59,118 bases of DNA from Candidatus Magasanikbacteria bacterium CG1_02_32_51 (lineage in GTDB: Bacteria; Patescibacteriota; Patescibacteriia; Magasanikbacterales; UBA922), in contig MNVC01000014.1 of the NCBI GenBank assembly GCA_001871435.1, positions 1 through 59,118 on the forward strand, read 5' to 3'. Shown piece after piece: positions 30,872 to 40,234 of the stretch. Under the pieces are notes generated by a model. The model worked only from the letters and a program-made list of their open reading frames with translations. It was not told the DNA's origin and made no database searches. The position numbers were made by a program, and so were the translations under genes. Each line of letters starts with the position of its first letter. The first letter of the stretch is position 1.

Positions 30872-31660
30872 ATGGCTATAAAAATTAGTATAATAATGTT
30901 GACTTATAATCGGGCGCATTATTTGCCTATGGCGATTGATAGTGTTTTTAGTCAATCTTTTTCAGATTGGGAATTAATTGTTGTTGATGGAGGGTCGACA
31001 GATGATACTGAAAATTTGATTAAAAATTATCAAGATAAGGATAGTAGAATTGTTTATATTAGAAAAGACAAGGTACTCGGCATTTCTAAATGCCGTAACG
31101 TAGGTTTGAATCTGGCCAAAGGTGAATATATCGCAGTGCTGGACAGTGATGATATTTGGTGTGATAAAGAAAAATTAGCTAAGCAATTAGATTTTTTGCT
31201 GAAAAATAGTGATTGTTTTTTGGTTGGTGGTGGAGTAATTGTAATAGATGAACATGGTGTGGAGAAGAGTCGGTATTTACATGCCATAACAGATGAAGAA
31301 ATTAAGAAACAAATTTTATTACGAAATCAGTTTGCTCATTCAGCAGTTTTGTATCGGAGAGACAAAGCTCAGGCAGTTGGTGGTTATGCTTTGGACGTAA
31401 AAATTGGAGAAGAGTATGATTTGTGGTTGCGTATGGGTCGCTTTGGCACATTTTATAATCTCAAAGATTATGTTGTAAATTATAGAATCCATAATCAAGG
31501 TGCCTGTGTGGTTGATAGATTGGGTGGGGCACTAGACACTCTTAAAATTATAAAAAAATATCGTCATAATTATCCAAATTATTTTTTAGCTTGGATAAAA
31601 GCTATTTTAAGAATGGGATATTATTTATGGCTTAAATTCACTGATCGATTCAGATTTTGA
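30872..31660 (+). CDS. Glycosyltransferase family 2
   Basis: ISIIMLTYNR, VDGGSTD, LDSDD, EEYDLWLR. Confidence 0.92.
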   Translation: MAIKISIIMLTYNRAHYLPMAIDSVFSQSFSDWELIVVDGGSTDDTENLIKNYQDKDSRIVYIRKDKVLGISKCRNVGLNLAKGEYIAVLDSDDIWCDKEKLAKQLDFLLKNSDCFLVGGGVIVIDEHGVEKSRYLHAITDEEIKKQILLRNQFAHSAVLYRRDKAQAVGGYALDVKIGEEYDLWLRMGRFGTFYNLKDYVVNYRIHNQGACVVDRLGGALDTLKIIKKYRHNYPNYFLAWIKAILRMGYYLWLKFTDRFRF

Positions 31661-31663
31661 GTT

Positions 31664-32755
31664 ATGAAAATCCTTTATCTCATAACAAAATCCGAAGCCG
31701 GTGGAGCACAAACTCACGTATTAGAACTTTGTAATTATTTTGTTAAACAAAACGAAGTAGTTGTGATGGCTAATGGCATTGGTTGGTTAAAATATAAATG
31801 TGAAGATTTAAAAATAAGTTATGTAGAAAATCAATATTTTTCCAATAGTAGTAATCCTATTAGAATTTGGAAAGCTATCAAAGAAATAAAAAAAATAGCA
31901 AAAGATTTTCAACCAGACATTGTTCATTGTCATAGTTCGGCCGCAGCTTTTTTTACTAGATTGGCAATACAAGGTAAATACAAAACAATATATACTGCCC
32001 ATGGTTGGGGGTTCAACATTGGTATGAATTCTATTGTGAGATTTTTGGTTTTGTTGACAGAAAAGTTTAATGCTAAATATACAGACAAGTACATTTGTGT
32101 TTCAAAATTTGTAAAAAAATTAGGAATGAAATATAAATTAGCAAAGGAAGATAAATTTGTAGTAATTTATAATGGAATCAATAAGACAACAGACAACAGA
32201 CAACAGACAACAGACAATTCAAAAATTAGACTTATGTTTGTGGGTCGTTTGGCTGAGCCAAAAAGACCAGAGATGATTATTGAAGTGATTGGTAATTTTG
32301 AAAAGGAAATTCAAGATAAGATACAGCTGACAATTATAGGAGATGGGAAGAAAAAAGAATTTTTACAAAATTTAGCTAAAGAAAAAAAAGTAGATGTTAT
32401 TTTTGCTGGAAATTTGGAACGTAATAAAGTAATTGATGAACTAGTAAAAAGTGACATCTTTGTTTTTGTCTCAGCGTGGGAGGGTTTTCCTTATACTATT
32501 CTTGAAGCTATGTCAGTTGGTTTGCCAGTTATAGCTAGTAACGTTGGAGGGATATCAGAAGTAGTGGATAATACAGTGGGACGTCTGGTGGAAAATGGGT
32601 CTATCCAAATAGCTCAAGCTTTGTTAGAATTGATAAACAATCCTGAATTGAGGTGGAAGCTAGGTAAAAATGGACGAAAACTGATAGAGAATAAGTTTAG
32701 CCTAGAAAAAATGTTGAAAGAAACAGAAAAAATTTATAAAGAAGTTTTAAGTTAA
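31664..32755 (+). CDS. Glycosyltransferase family 4
   Basis: GGAQTHV, HCHSS, YTAHGW, EGFPYTILEAMSVGLP. Confidence 0.92.
   Translation: MKILYLITKSEAGGAQTHVLELCNYFVKQNEVVVMANGIGWLKYKCEDLKISYVENQYFSNSSNPIRIWKAIKEIKKIAKDFQPDIVHCHSSAAAFFTRLAIQGKYKTIYTAHGWGFNIGMNSIVRFLVLLTEKFNAKYTDKYICVSKFVKKLGMKYKLAKEDKFVVIYNGINKTTDNRQQTTDNSKIRLMFVGRLAEPKRPEMIIEVIGNFEKEIQDKIQLTIIGDGKKKEFLQNLAKEKKVDVIFAGNLERNKVIDELVKSDIFVFVSAWEGFPYTILEAMSVGLPVIASNVGGISEVVDNTVGRLVENGSIQIAQALLELINNPELRWKLGKNGRKLIENKFSLEKMLKETEKIYKEVLS
32184..32217 (+). repeat. (AGACAAC)4.9 heptamer tandem repeat inside the GT4 CDS
   Basis: Encodes KTTDNRQQTTDN in the inter-domain linker. Confidence 0.9.
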
Positions 32756-32891
32756 AAGTTTGTAAAGTTCTTAAAGTTTATAAAGTAACTTTTGTTAAAT
32801 TACTAAGCAGTTCAATTATCCAATAAACCAATTAACTAATTATCTACATTTTTTTAAATAAAATTTACATGATTTATTATAATCATGGTTA

Positions 32892-34274
32892 ATGAAAAAA
32901 CCTATGAAACTCCTCTATATTGGTGCCGGATATGTTGGTACTTGTTCAGCAGCTGTCTCTGCCTCAAGTGGGCATGATGTTTTGGTGTATGACATTGATG
33001 AAAAGAAGATAAGTATGTTGTCTTCAGGTGACCGTGACCAGATAGAAGCTTGTCTTTTCGAAGAAGGTCTTAGTGATTTGTTGGTTCGTAATCAAGAAAG
33101 AATAAAATTTACTTTGGATTATCGCAAAGTTGTAGATTTTTTGGATACCTGTGATGCTATTTTCATGTGTTTGCCAACTCCGGAAATTGGAGAAACAGGG
33201 GAGAGTGATCTTAGATATTACAATGAGGCGGCACAGCAATTGGCAGAAAATTTGGCCAAGAGAACTGCTGGAACACAAGAAAAATATATTGTTATAATCA
33301 ACAAAAGTACTGTACCGATAGATATGGTGGATAAGACCTCTGAGATTTTGGAAAGTATGGGTGTCAAGAATTTTGGGGTGGTTTCTAATCCAGAATTTTT
33401 GGTAGAAGGTAAAGCCATTCAAGCATCTATCAAGCCTGATAGAATTGTGGTTGGTGCTTGGACTCAAAAAGATTTTGAAATAATGAGAAAAGTCTATGAA
33501 CGATTCTACAATTCACCTCAGACAAAATATATTGAGATAAATCCCAAAGAAGCGGCAGCAAGTAAACTTCTTGCCAATTATATACTTTTCAATAAATTGG
33601 CTGTGTGTTTCGACGTGGTTGGTCGTACTTGCGAGAGTTTTGAAAATCTTCAATTTGAAAATGTTCGCAATGCTTTGGTCGCAGATCCACGTATTGGAAG
33701 TTGGGGGCTGTACAATAGCCTTTATGCTGGAGGAAGTTGTCTTATCAAAGACGCTCGTTCGCTTTCTCATCAACTCAAATATAAAAATCAAAATACTACA
33801 CTAGTTGATGAGGTTTATTTATCAAACAAAAGACAACTTAATAATTTTTTGAGTAGAATTGATCAAATAATAGATTCTAATTGGTCGAATAAGAAAGTCA
33901 CAATTTTAGGTACAGCATTCAAGCGTGATACCAATGATATTCGCAATTCAGCTAGTATAGAAATTATGAAATATTTGGAAAATAAAAGTATTTCACAAAT
34001 AAATATTTATGATCCAGCTGGGATGGATAATTTCAAAAAAATGTTTGGAGAATCAGAAAAAGTGAAGTATCATCATCACGAATTTGAAGCAATCAAGAAT
34101 TCTGATATAATAATCATAGCTACTGATTGGCCACAGTTTCGTGGTTTGGCTGATGTCATTATTTCTGAGCTTTCTAGCAAACCTTTGATTGCTGATGGGC
34201 GTCGTATGCTCCAACATCGTTATCAGGATTTGAAAGACGCGGGGTTTAAGGTGATTGCAGTAGGAAGTAGATAG
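32892..34274 (+). CDS. ugd: UDP-glucose/GDP-mannose 6-dehydrogenase
   Basis: IGAGYVG, NKSTVP, SNPEFL.EG, GGSCLIKD, AFK..TNDIR. Confidence 0.9.
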   Translation: MKKPMKLLYIGAGYVGTCSAAVSASSGHDVLVYDIDEKKISMLSSGDRDQIEACLFEEGLSDLLVRNQERIKFTLDYRKVVDFLDTCDAIFMCLPTPEIGETGESDLRYYNEAAQQLAENLAKRTAGTQEKYIVIINKSTVPIDMVDKTSEILESMGVKNFGVVSNPEFLVEGKAIQASIKPDRIVVGAWTQKDFEIMRKVYERFYNSPQTKYIEINPKEAAASKLLANYILFNKLAVCFDVVGRTCESFENLQFENVRNALVADPRIGSWGLYNSLYAGGSCLIKDARSLSHQLKYKNQNTTLVDEVYLSNKRQLNNFLSRIDQIIDSNWSNKKVTILGTAFKRDTNDIRNSASIEIMKYLENKSISQINIYDPAGMDNFKKMFGESEKVKYHHHEFEAIKNSDIIIIATDWPQFRGLADVIISELSSKPLIADGRRMLQHRYQDLKDAGFKVIAVGSR

Positions 34275-34280
34275 ATGAAA

Positions 34281-34744
34281 AATTTTGAATTTTGAATTTT
34301 GAATTTTAAAACAATTTTATAATTTTTTAATTTTAAATGGAGGCTATGAATTATGATTTAGAAGAAAGAACGTTGAAGTTTAGTAAAGAAGTTTTAATTT
34401 TTTTATCTGGATTAACAAGTAGTCCAATAAATAATCCAATTATTTCTCAGTTAGTTCGTTCTGCAACTAGTGTTGGTGCAAATTATAGAGAAGCAAATGC
34501 GGCTAGTTCTAAAAAAGATTTCAAAAATAAAATATCAATATCAAGAAAAGAAGCTAATGAAACAAAGTATTGGATAGAATTATTAGGTAATATAGAGTAT
34601 GATAAAGAAGAGTTGCGTAAATTTTGGCAAGAAGCTCATGAATTATCATTAATTTTTGGGAAAATATTTCATAGTTTAACTAGTTAATTCAAAATTTTGT
34701 AATTAGTTAATTGTTTTAAAATTTAAAATTCGAAATTCAAAATT
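34281..34744. mobile_element. Cassette: 36-bp inverted 7-mer arrays enclosing a four-helix-bundle gene
   Basis: Left aattttgaattttgaattttgaattttaaaacaatt (34281-34316); right aattgttttaaaatttaaaattcgaaattcaaaatt (34709-34744); 2 mismatches. Confidence 0.75.
34337..34687 (+). CDS. Four helix bundle protein (TIGR02436-like)
   Basis: YDLEERT..F, QLVRSATSVGANYREA, SKKDF..K..I.RKEANETKYW. Confidence 0.92.
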   Translation: MEAMNYDLEERTLKFSKEVLIFLSGLTSSPINNPIISQLVRSATSVGANYREANAASSKKDFKNKISISRKEANETKYWIELLGNIEYDKEELRKFWQEAHELSLIFGKIFHSLTS

Positions 34745-34759
34745 ATAAATATATTTATT

Positions 34760-35770
34760 ATGTCCAAATATCTCATCACCGGCGGTGCTGGCTACATCGG
34801 TAGTCATGTCGTCAAACAACTTATTGAAAAGAAAAATGATATTGTCATTGTGGATAATCTTTCTACTGGTTTTCAAAAAACAGTAAATACTTTGAAAAAA
34901 TACGCTTTGACAAAAAAAGTAAAATTGGGTTTTTACAAATTAGATTTGGCTGATAGTAAAAAATTGGAAACAGTATTTGCCAAAGAAAATGTCCAAGGTG
35001 TGATACATTTTGCAGCCAGTATCGTCGTATCTGAATCAGTGCGCGATCCACTAAAATATTATAGTAACAACACTGGTAATACAATCAATCTTCTCAAAGC
35101 TTGTTTGAAATACAAAGTCAATAAATTTATTTTTAGTTCTACAGCTGCGGTTTATGGTGATCCAGACCCAAAGACTATTCCTCTAAAAGAAAGTGGAATT
35201 ACTATTCCAATAAGTCCCTATGGTTCTAGTAAATTATTTAATGAAAAAATTATTCAAGACGTAGCTTTTGCTAATACAAATTTCAAGTATGTAATTTTGC
35301 GTTATTTCAATGTGGCTGGGGCTAGTGTAGATGGAATGTTAGGACAATCTACCAAAGATGCGACACACTTAATCAAAATTGCTTTGGAAACAACTCTTGG
35401 AAAACGTGAAAAAATGTTTATCAATGGTACAGATTATAATACTCCAGATGGTACCTGTATTCGTGATTATATTTATGTTGATGATTTGGCCTCTGCTCAT
35501 ATCAAATCTTTGTATTATCTAAACAAAAACAAAGGTGGAATTTTCAACTGTGGTTATGGTAAAGGTTTTTCGGTTAAAGACGTAATTAGTATGATGAAGA
35601 AAGTGAGTGGTAATGATTTCAAAGTAGAAACAACCAAAAGACGTGAGGGTGATCCAGCGATTGTCATTGCTGATAATAGTAAAATAGTTAATGAAATGGA
35701 CTGGAAACCGAAGTATGATGATTTGAAGATTATGTGTGAGACAGCGCTGGCTTGGGAGAAAAAGTTGTAA
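34760..35770 (+). CDS. galE: UDP-glucose 4-epimerase
   Basis: ITGGAGYIGSH, HFAA..V.ESV, SPYGSSK, LRYFNVAG, DGTCIRDYI. Confidence 0.95.
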   Translation: MSKYLITGGAGYIGSHVVKQLIEKKNDIVIVDNLSTGFQKTVNTLKKYALTKKVKLGFYKLDLADSKKLETVFAKENVQGVIHFAASIVVSESVRDPLKYYSNNTGNTINLLKACLKYKVNKFIFSSTAAVYGDPDPKTIPLKESGITIPISPYGSSKLFNEKIIQDVAFANTNFKYVILRYFNVAGASVDGMLGQSTKDATHLIKIALETTLGKREKMFINGTDYNTPDGTCIRDYIYVDDLASAHIKSLYYLNKNKGGIFNCGYGKGFSVKDVISMMKKVSGNDFKVETTKRREGDPAIVIADNSKIVNEMDWKPKYDDLKIMCETALAWEKKL

Positions 35771-35773
35771 ACT

Positions 35774-35843
35774 CACGTAACACGTAGCACATAACTCGTA
35801 ACGATTTTGTTACATGATATGTGTTATGTGATATGGGTTGTGA
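35774..35843. repeat. Empty inverted 7-mer (cacgtaa-type) array pair
   Basis: cacgtaa cacgtag cacataa ctcgtaa / gttacat gatatgt gttatgt gatatgg gttgtga. Confidence 0.75.
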
Positions 35844-35900
35844 TTTCGGTGTTTTATTTTTTTGTGTTATAATCAAAATATTATAAATTAAATAAAATTT

Positions 35901-36128
35901 ATGAATCTTAATAAAAAAAAGATTTTCTGGTTGGATATAATATTTTTTGTGGTACTGCTACTTGTTGGCGGTTATTTTTTTTATAAGAGTGCTCCGCCTG
36001 CTACAGCACCGGAAGATGATGGTGGCGTCGTGACTAGCACTGGAAAAGTTGATGTTAGTACTGGTACAGTGAGTACAAGTTTGCCAGAAGGTGTGACTGT
36101 GGAGGATTTGAGCGATGTTGAGCGTTAG
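35901..36128 (+). CDS. Small membrane-anchored hypothetical protein, possibly truncated
   Basis: N-terminal TM helix followed by a T/S/V-rich segment. Confidence 0.55.
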   Translation: MNLNKKKIFWLDIIFFVVLLLVGGYFFYKSAPPATAPEDDGGVVTSTGKVDVSTGTVSTSLPEGVTVEDLSDVER

Positions 36129-36292
36129 TTAATAGCATAAGTATTTTATTTATAGGTTTGTATTCTCAAAAATAACTAAATTGTTTTCTATTATTAAGTG
36201 TGGTACTATATTTACATTATATAAACATGTTTTTTAAAAAATTGTATTTTTTATAATACATATTCAAAAAAGATAGAAATAAAAGTTACATT

Positions 36293-38233
36293 ATGGATAT
36301 TACACAACAAATTCTAAATAAAATCTTCAAAAACCCCGAGCAGGATTTACTAATGTTTGACGACCCACTTTCTAAATTAGACATTTATGAAAAAGATGAG
36401 GGTAAATATTATGTAAAGTCTATATCAAAAATGGAGGAGGAAAAATTAGTTTACACTGAAAAGACTGGTAAGTCTGCTCCTGAAGAAATTGTTCGTCAAC
36501 TTTATTTATTGGAACTTACAAAGAAATATAAATATCCAAAAGCACATATAGAACTTGAAAAGATAGTGCAGTTTGGTCGTGAAAAGAACGATAATAAACG
36601 TGCTGATATTGTTGTCTACACTGATGAGACTTGGCAAACAATAAAAATGATTATTGAAGTTAAAGCACCTAATGCAGAAAACGATATTCAACAGTTGAAG
36701 TCATACCTGAACGCTGAGGGTTCACCAATTGGTGTTGCCCTTAATGGTAAATATCAGTTGATACTATTCCGCCCATACCCAAAAGATTTTGATACCCTAG
36801 ACCAAATACCTGCATACGGTGAAGATGTTGCCGATGTTCTCCAAAAGAGAAAGACACTTAAAGACCTGCACGAGCAAGACCTTAAAATTATTATCAAAAC
36901 CCTTGAAGAGTTGGTGCTCGCTAATTCAGGTTTTGATAGTTTTGATGAGATATTCAAACTTATTTACGCAAAACTTTACGACGAAAAAGAGGCTATTTCT
37001 CGTAATGGTGAGGAACTCTATTTTAGAAAAAGCCCAACTGGTAAGCCTGAAGACACAATGAAAGTAATCAACGACCTTTTTGAGGACGCTAAAAAGGAAT
37101 GGCCTGAGATATTCGAAAAGACTGACAAAATAAAACTATCACCCGAGCATCTCTCTATTTGTGTTGGTGAATTACAAGATGTCCGCTTGTTTGGTTCTAA
37201 TCTCCGCATCATTGATGAGGCTTTTGAATATTTACTCCCTGATGTAGCAAAGGGTAAGAAAGGTCAATACTTTACACCTCGTATTGTGATTGATATGTGC
37301 GTGCAAATGATGAACCCAAAGAAAAAGGAGTATGTCATAGACACTGCTTGTGGCAGCGCTGGGTTCTTGGTACACGCAATGCAATATGTTGCGAAAAATG
37401 AGAATCTCTCAAAAACAGGAATGAAAGACTATGCAATGCGATACCTTTTCGGTATAGACTTTGACGAGAAATCAACGAAAATTAGTCGTGCGATTATGGT
37501 TATTGCTGGCGATGGTAAAAGTCATATTTATAAAACTACTTCACTTGATACAAAGGAATGGCCTGAGCGTTTTAAGGCAGAACTAAGAGACTATGACTTG
37601 GTACAAGAGTACGATGATTACATAAAAACTAACGATAACAAAGAAAACTTAAAGGAGTTGAAATTTGATGTATTGCTTGCAAATCCTCCATTTGCAGGTG
37701 AAGTAAAGGAAAAACATTTACTGTCTCAGTATGTACTTGGTAAGAATGCTAAGGGTAAGATGCAAAAGTCAGTAGACAGACACTTGCTTTTCATTGAAAA
37801 AAATCTTGATTTCGTAAAAGTAGGAGGTAGACTTGCAGTCGTACTCCCACAAGGTATTTTCAACAACACCAGTGAGGAATATGTCCGTAAATATATAATG
37901 CAAAAGGCTCGTATCTTGGCAGTTGTAGGACTACACGGTAATTCATTTAAGCCACACACAGGCACAAAGACATCTGTTATTTTCTTGCAGAAGTGGAATG
38001 AAAACGAAGTAGATGCTGGCGGAAGTCCAACAGTAAAGGACTATCCTATTTTCTTTGCTACGCAGAAGCAATCATTCAAAGATAACAGTGGTGACTATAT
38101 TTTTGAAAAGGAAGCAGATGGCAGTATCGTAAAAGATACAGACGGTAACCCTAAATACCTTTGCGACTTGGACGAAATCGCAGATGCGTTTGTCGCTTGG
38201 GGTAAAGAACAGAAGTTAGACTTCTTAAATTAA
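36293..38233 (+). CDS. Restriction-modification protein: HsdR_N-like nuclease domain fused to an N6-adenine methyltransferase
   Basis: PEEIVRQ..RADIVVY..IIEVK (PD-D/ExK); GQYFTPR, DTACGSAGFL, LANPPF. Confidence 0.9.
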   Translation: MDITQQILNKIFKNPEQDLLMFDDPLSKLDIYEKDEGKYYVKSISKMEEEKLVYTEKTGKSAPEEIVRQLYLLELTKKYKYPKAHIELEKIVQFGREKNDNKRADIVVYTDETWQTIKMIIEVKAPNAENDIQQLKSYLNAEGSPIGVALNGKYQLILFRPYPKDFDTLDQIPAYGEDVADVLQKRKTLKDLHEQDLKIIIKTLEELVLANSGFDSFDEIFKLIYAKLYDEKEAISRNGEELYFRKSPTGKPEDTMKVINDLFEDAKKEWPEIFEKTDKIKLSPEHLSICVGELQDVRLFGSNLRIIDEAFEYLLPDVAKGKKGQYFTPRIVIDMCVQMMNPKKKEYVIDTACGSAGFLVHAMQYVAKNENLSKTGMKDYAMRYLFGIDFDEKSTKISRAIMVIAGDGKSHIYKTTSLDTKEWPERFKAELRDYDLVQEYDDYIKTNDNKENLKELKFDVLLANPPFAGEVKEKHLLSQYVLGKNAKGKMQKSVDRHLLFIEKNLDFVKVGGRLAVVLPQGIFNNTSEEYVRKYIMQKARILAVVGLHGNSFKPHTGTKTSVIFLQKWNENEVDAGGSPTVKDYPIFFATQKQSFKDNSGDYIFEKEADGSIVKDTDGNPKYLCDLDEIADAFVAWGKEQKLDFLN

Positions 38234-38237
38234 CTAT

Positions 38238-39656
38238 ATGTCTTGGCAAACAATAGTAAAGGATAATAATTTAGACGCATCAGTAACTTTTTTTAGTGAG
38301 CTTGTTGAAAGACTTGATGCAGAATATTATAAACCAGAATATCTTAATATAGATAAATTACTTGCAAAAGGCTTACCCCTTGGTGATATATCTAAGACAT
38401 TTGATTTACAATCTAATGGTTCTTTTAAACAAATATTCACAATATTGAATGACGGAAATGATAAAAATATACCATATATCAGGTCTGGCAATGTTGGAAA
38501 CTTTTTCATAAAAAAAAATGACCTATCTTTTATTTCCTCTGAAGCACACAATAAGTTAAAAAAAACACATACAAAATTGGGAGATATTTTAATGGCTAGA
38601 AAAGGTAAAATTGGAGGGGCAACAATAATTACTAAAGATGATGGAAACTATAACTCAAATGACAATGTTACTAACATTAAAATAATTGAAGGGATTAACC
38701 CATTTTATGTAACTACATTTTTAAATTGCAAATATGGACTAAATCAGGTTTTTAGACAAGCAACAGGAAATGTACAGCCTTGGCTTAGTATGAAACAAGT
38801 TAGAGGTCTAAAGATAGTATTACCAAACGAATTACTACAATTAAAAATTGAAGAAATAATTAAAAAAGCCAATCTTGCAAATAAAAAATCAGAACAAGAG
38901 TACAAAAGTGCTGAGTTAATTTTTCTTAAGGAAATTGGTCTTGATAAACATATAGCAAGTAAGTTAAGTGTATCTGTAAGAAATCTTTCGGAGTGTCTAC
39001 GAGATGACCGTTTTGATGCAGAATACTGGCAACCTGAATATGATGCAATGGAAAAAGCAGTTTCAAAAGTAATACAAAAAGAACTTGGCGAGATAGTTTC
39101 AGTATTAAAAGGTGTAGAGGTTGGAAGTGAAGCATACGACCCTGAGGGCAAACCTTTTATCCGAGTATCTGATTTTTCTATTTATGGCATTGAAGATGTA
39201 GAAAAGAAAATATCACCTGAACTTTACGAAGAGCTAAAAGATAAATACACCCCTAAAAAGGGAGATGTTCTTTTTACAAAAGACGGAACTATTGGACTTT
39301 CTTACGCTTTACACGAGGAAAAAGTTGGCATACTGAGTGGTGCTTTTTTAAGACTAAAACCAACTATCAAAATCAACACTGATTACTTAGCGTTGGTATT
39401 AAACTCGCTTTATTGTAAAACTCAAATTGAAAGAATGTCTGGTGGCGCTATAATTGCTCATTTAAAACCAGATAGTGCAAAGAAAATAAAGATACCCTTG
39501 CTATCAGATGCAAAACAGGCAGAAATTGCAGAGAAAGTATCTACGGCATTTAGAATGCGGAAGGAGGTAAAAGAACTCCTAGAAAAAGCAAAACGAGCCG
39601 TAGAAATCTTTGTTGAGCGAGATGAAAAAGAAGCTTTGAGTTATTTAATATCTTAA
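38238..39656 (+). CDS. HsdS-like specificity subunit with two TRDs
   Basis: Repeated RLDAEYYKPEY / RFDAEYWQPEY; GDILMARKG / GDVLFTKDGTIG. Confidence 0.88.
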   Translation: MSWQTIVKDNNLDASVTFFSELVERLDAEYYKPEYLNIDKLLAKGLPLGDISKTFDLQSNGSFKQIFTILNDGNDKNIPYIRSGNVGNFFIKKNDLSFISSEAHNKLKKTHTKLGDILMARKGKIGGATIITKDDGNYNSNDNVTNIKIIEGINPFYVTTFLNCKYGLNQVFRQATGNVQPWLSMKQVRGLKIVLPNELLQLKIEEIIKKANLANKKSEQEYKSAELIFLKEIGLDKHIASKLSVSVRNLSECLRDDRFDAEYWQPEYDAMEKAVSKVIQKELGEIVSVLKGVEVGSEAYDPEGKPFIRVSDFSIYGIEDVEKKISPELYEELKDKYTPKKGDVLFTKDGTIGLSYALHEEKVGILSGAFLRLKPTIKINTDYLALVLNSLYCKTQIERMSGGAIIAHLKPDSAKKIKIPLLSDAKQAEIAEKVSTAFRMRKEVKELLEKAKRAVEIFVERDEKEALSYLIS

Positions 39657-39658
39657 AT

Positions 39659-40009
39659 ATGAACAAAAAGAAAGAACCTTGGCAAATTGTAGCCGCTCGA
39701 TATTGTGTAGAAAATTCTGAAAAAGGTTTTGAAGAAAAAAATTTAAAGAGCTATATTCAATCTATTTATTCTGTAAGCGATGGGCATGTCAGTCAATTTA
39801 TAGAAGAAGATCTTCAGTTTCCTCTTGGTAGTAAATATCCCAGAAAGGAAAGAGGTGGATTTTGGATTCCATCGCTAGATTTGGTTTCAAAGGTAACTGA
39901 TTATGACGAGCTTAAAGAAGCACGTGAGAATTCAAAAAATGCATTTTGTTTATCAATTATTGCAATCATAATTTCAGCTCTAACATTAATTATTCAGCTT
40001 TTACAATAA
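39659..40009 (+). CDS. Hypothetical protein with C-terminal TM helix
   Basis: ORF starts 2 nt after the S subunit; hydrophobic tail. Confidence 0.6.
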   Translation: MNKKKEPWQIVAARYCVENSEKGFEEKNLKSYIQSIYSVSDGHVSQFIEEDLQFPLGSKYPRKERGGFWIPSLDLVSKVTDYDELKEARENSKNAFCLSIIAIIISALTLIIQLLQ

Positions 40010-40234
40010 ACTATTTATAAATAGCTGTATTGTAATTAAATAAAATTGTCAGGCTGGTAATTTCATAGATATGTATCCTATGGGCTTTAACAAAAATTGG
40101 TACCCAAATAGTATCTTTGCTTTTTAGTTATTTATCTTTTTCCTCAATAATAAGCCCAAAAAATTAGCTTGAAGCTATCTTATTTTTGGAGTATAATACG
40201 AGCTATAGTTATTTATCTAAAAAATGAGTTTTTT

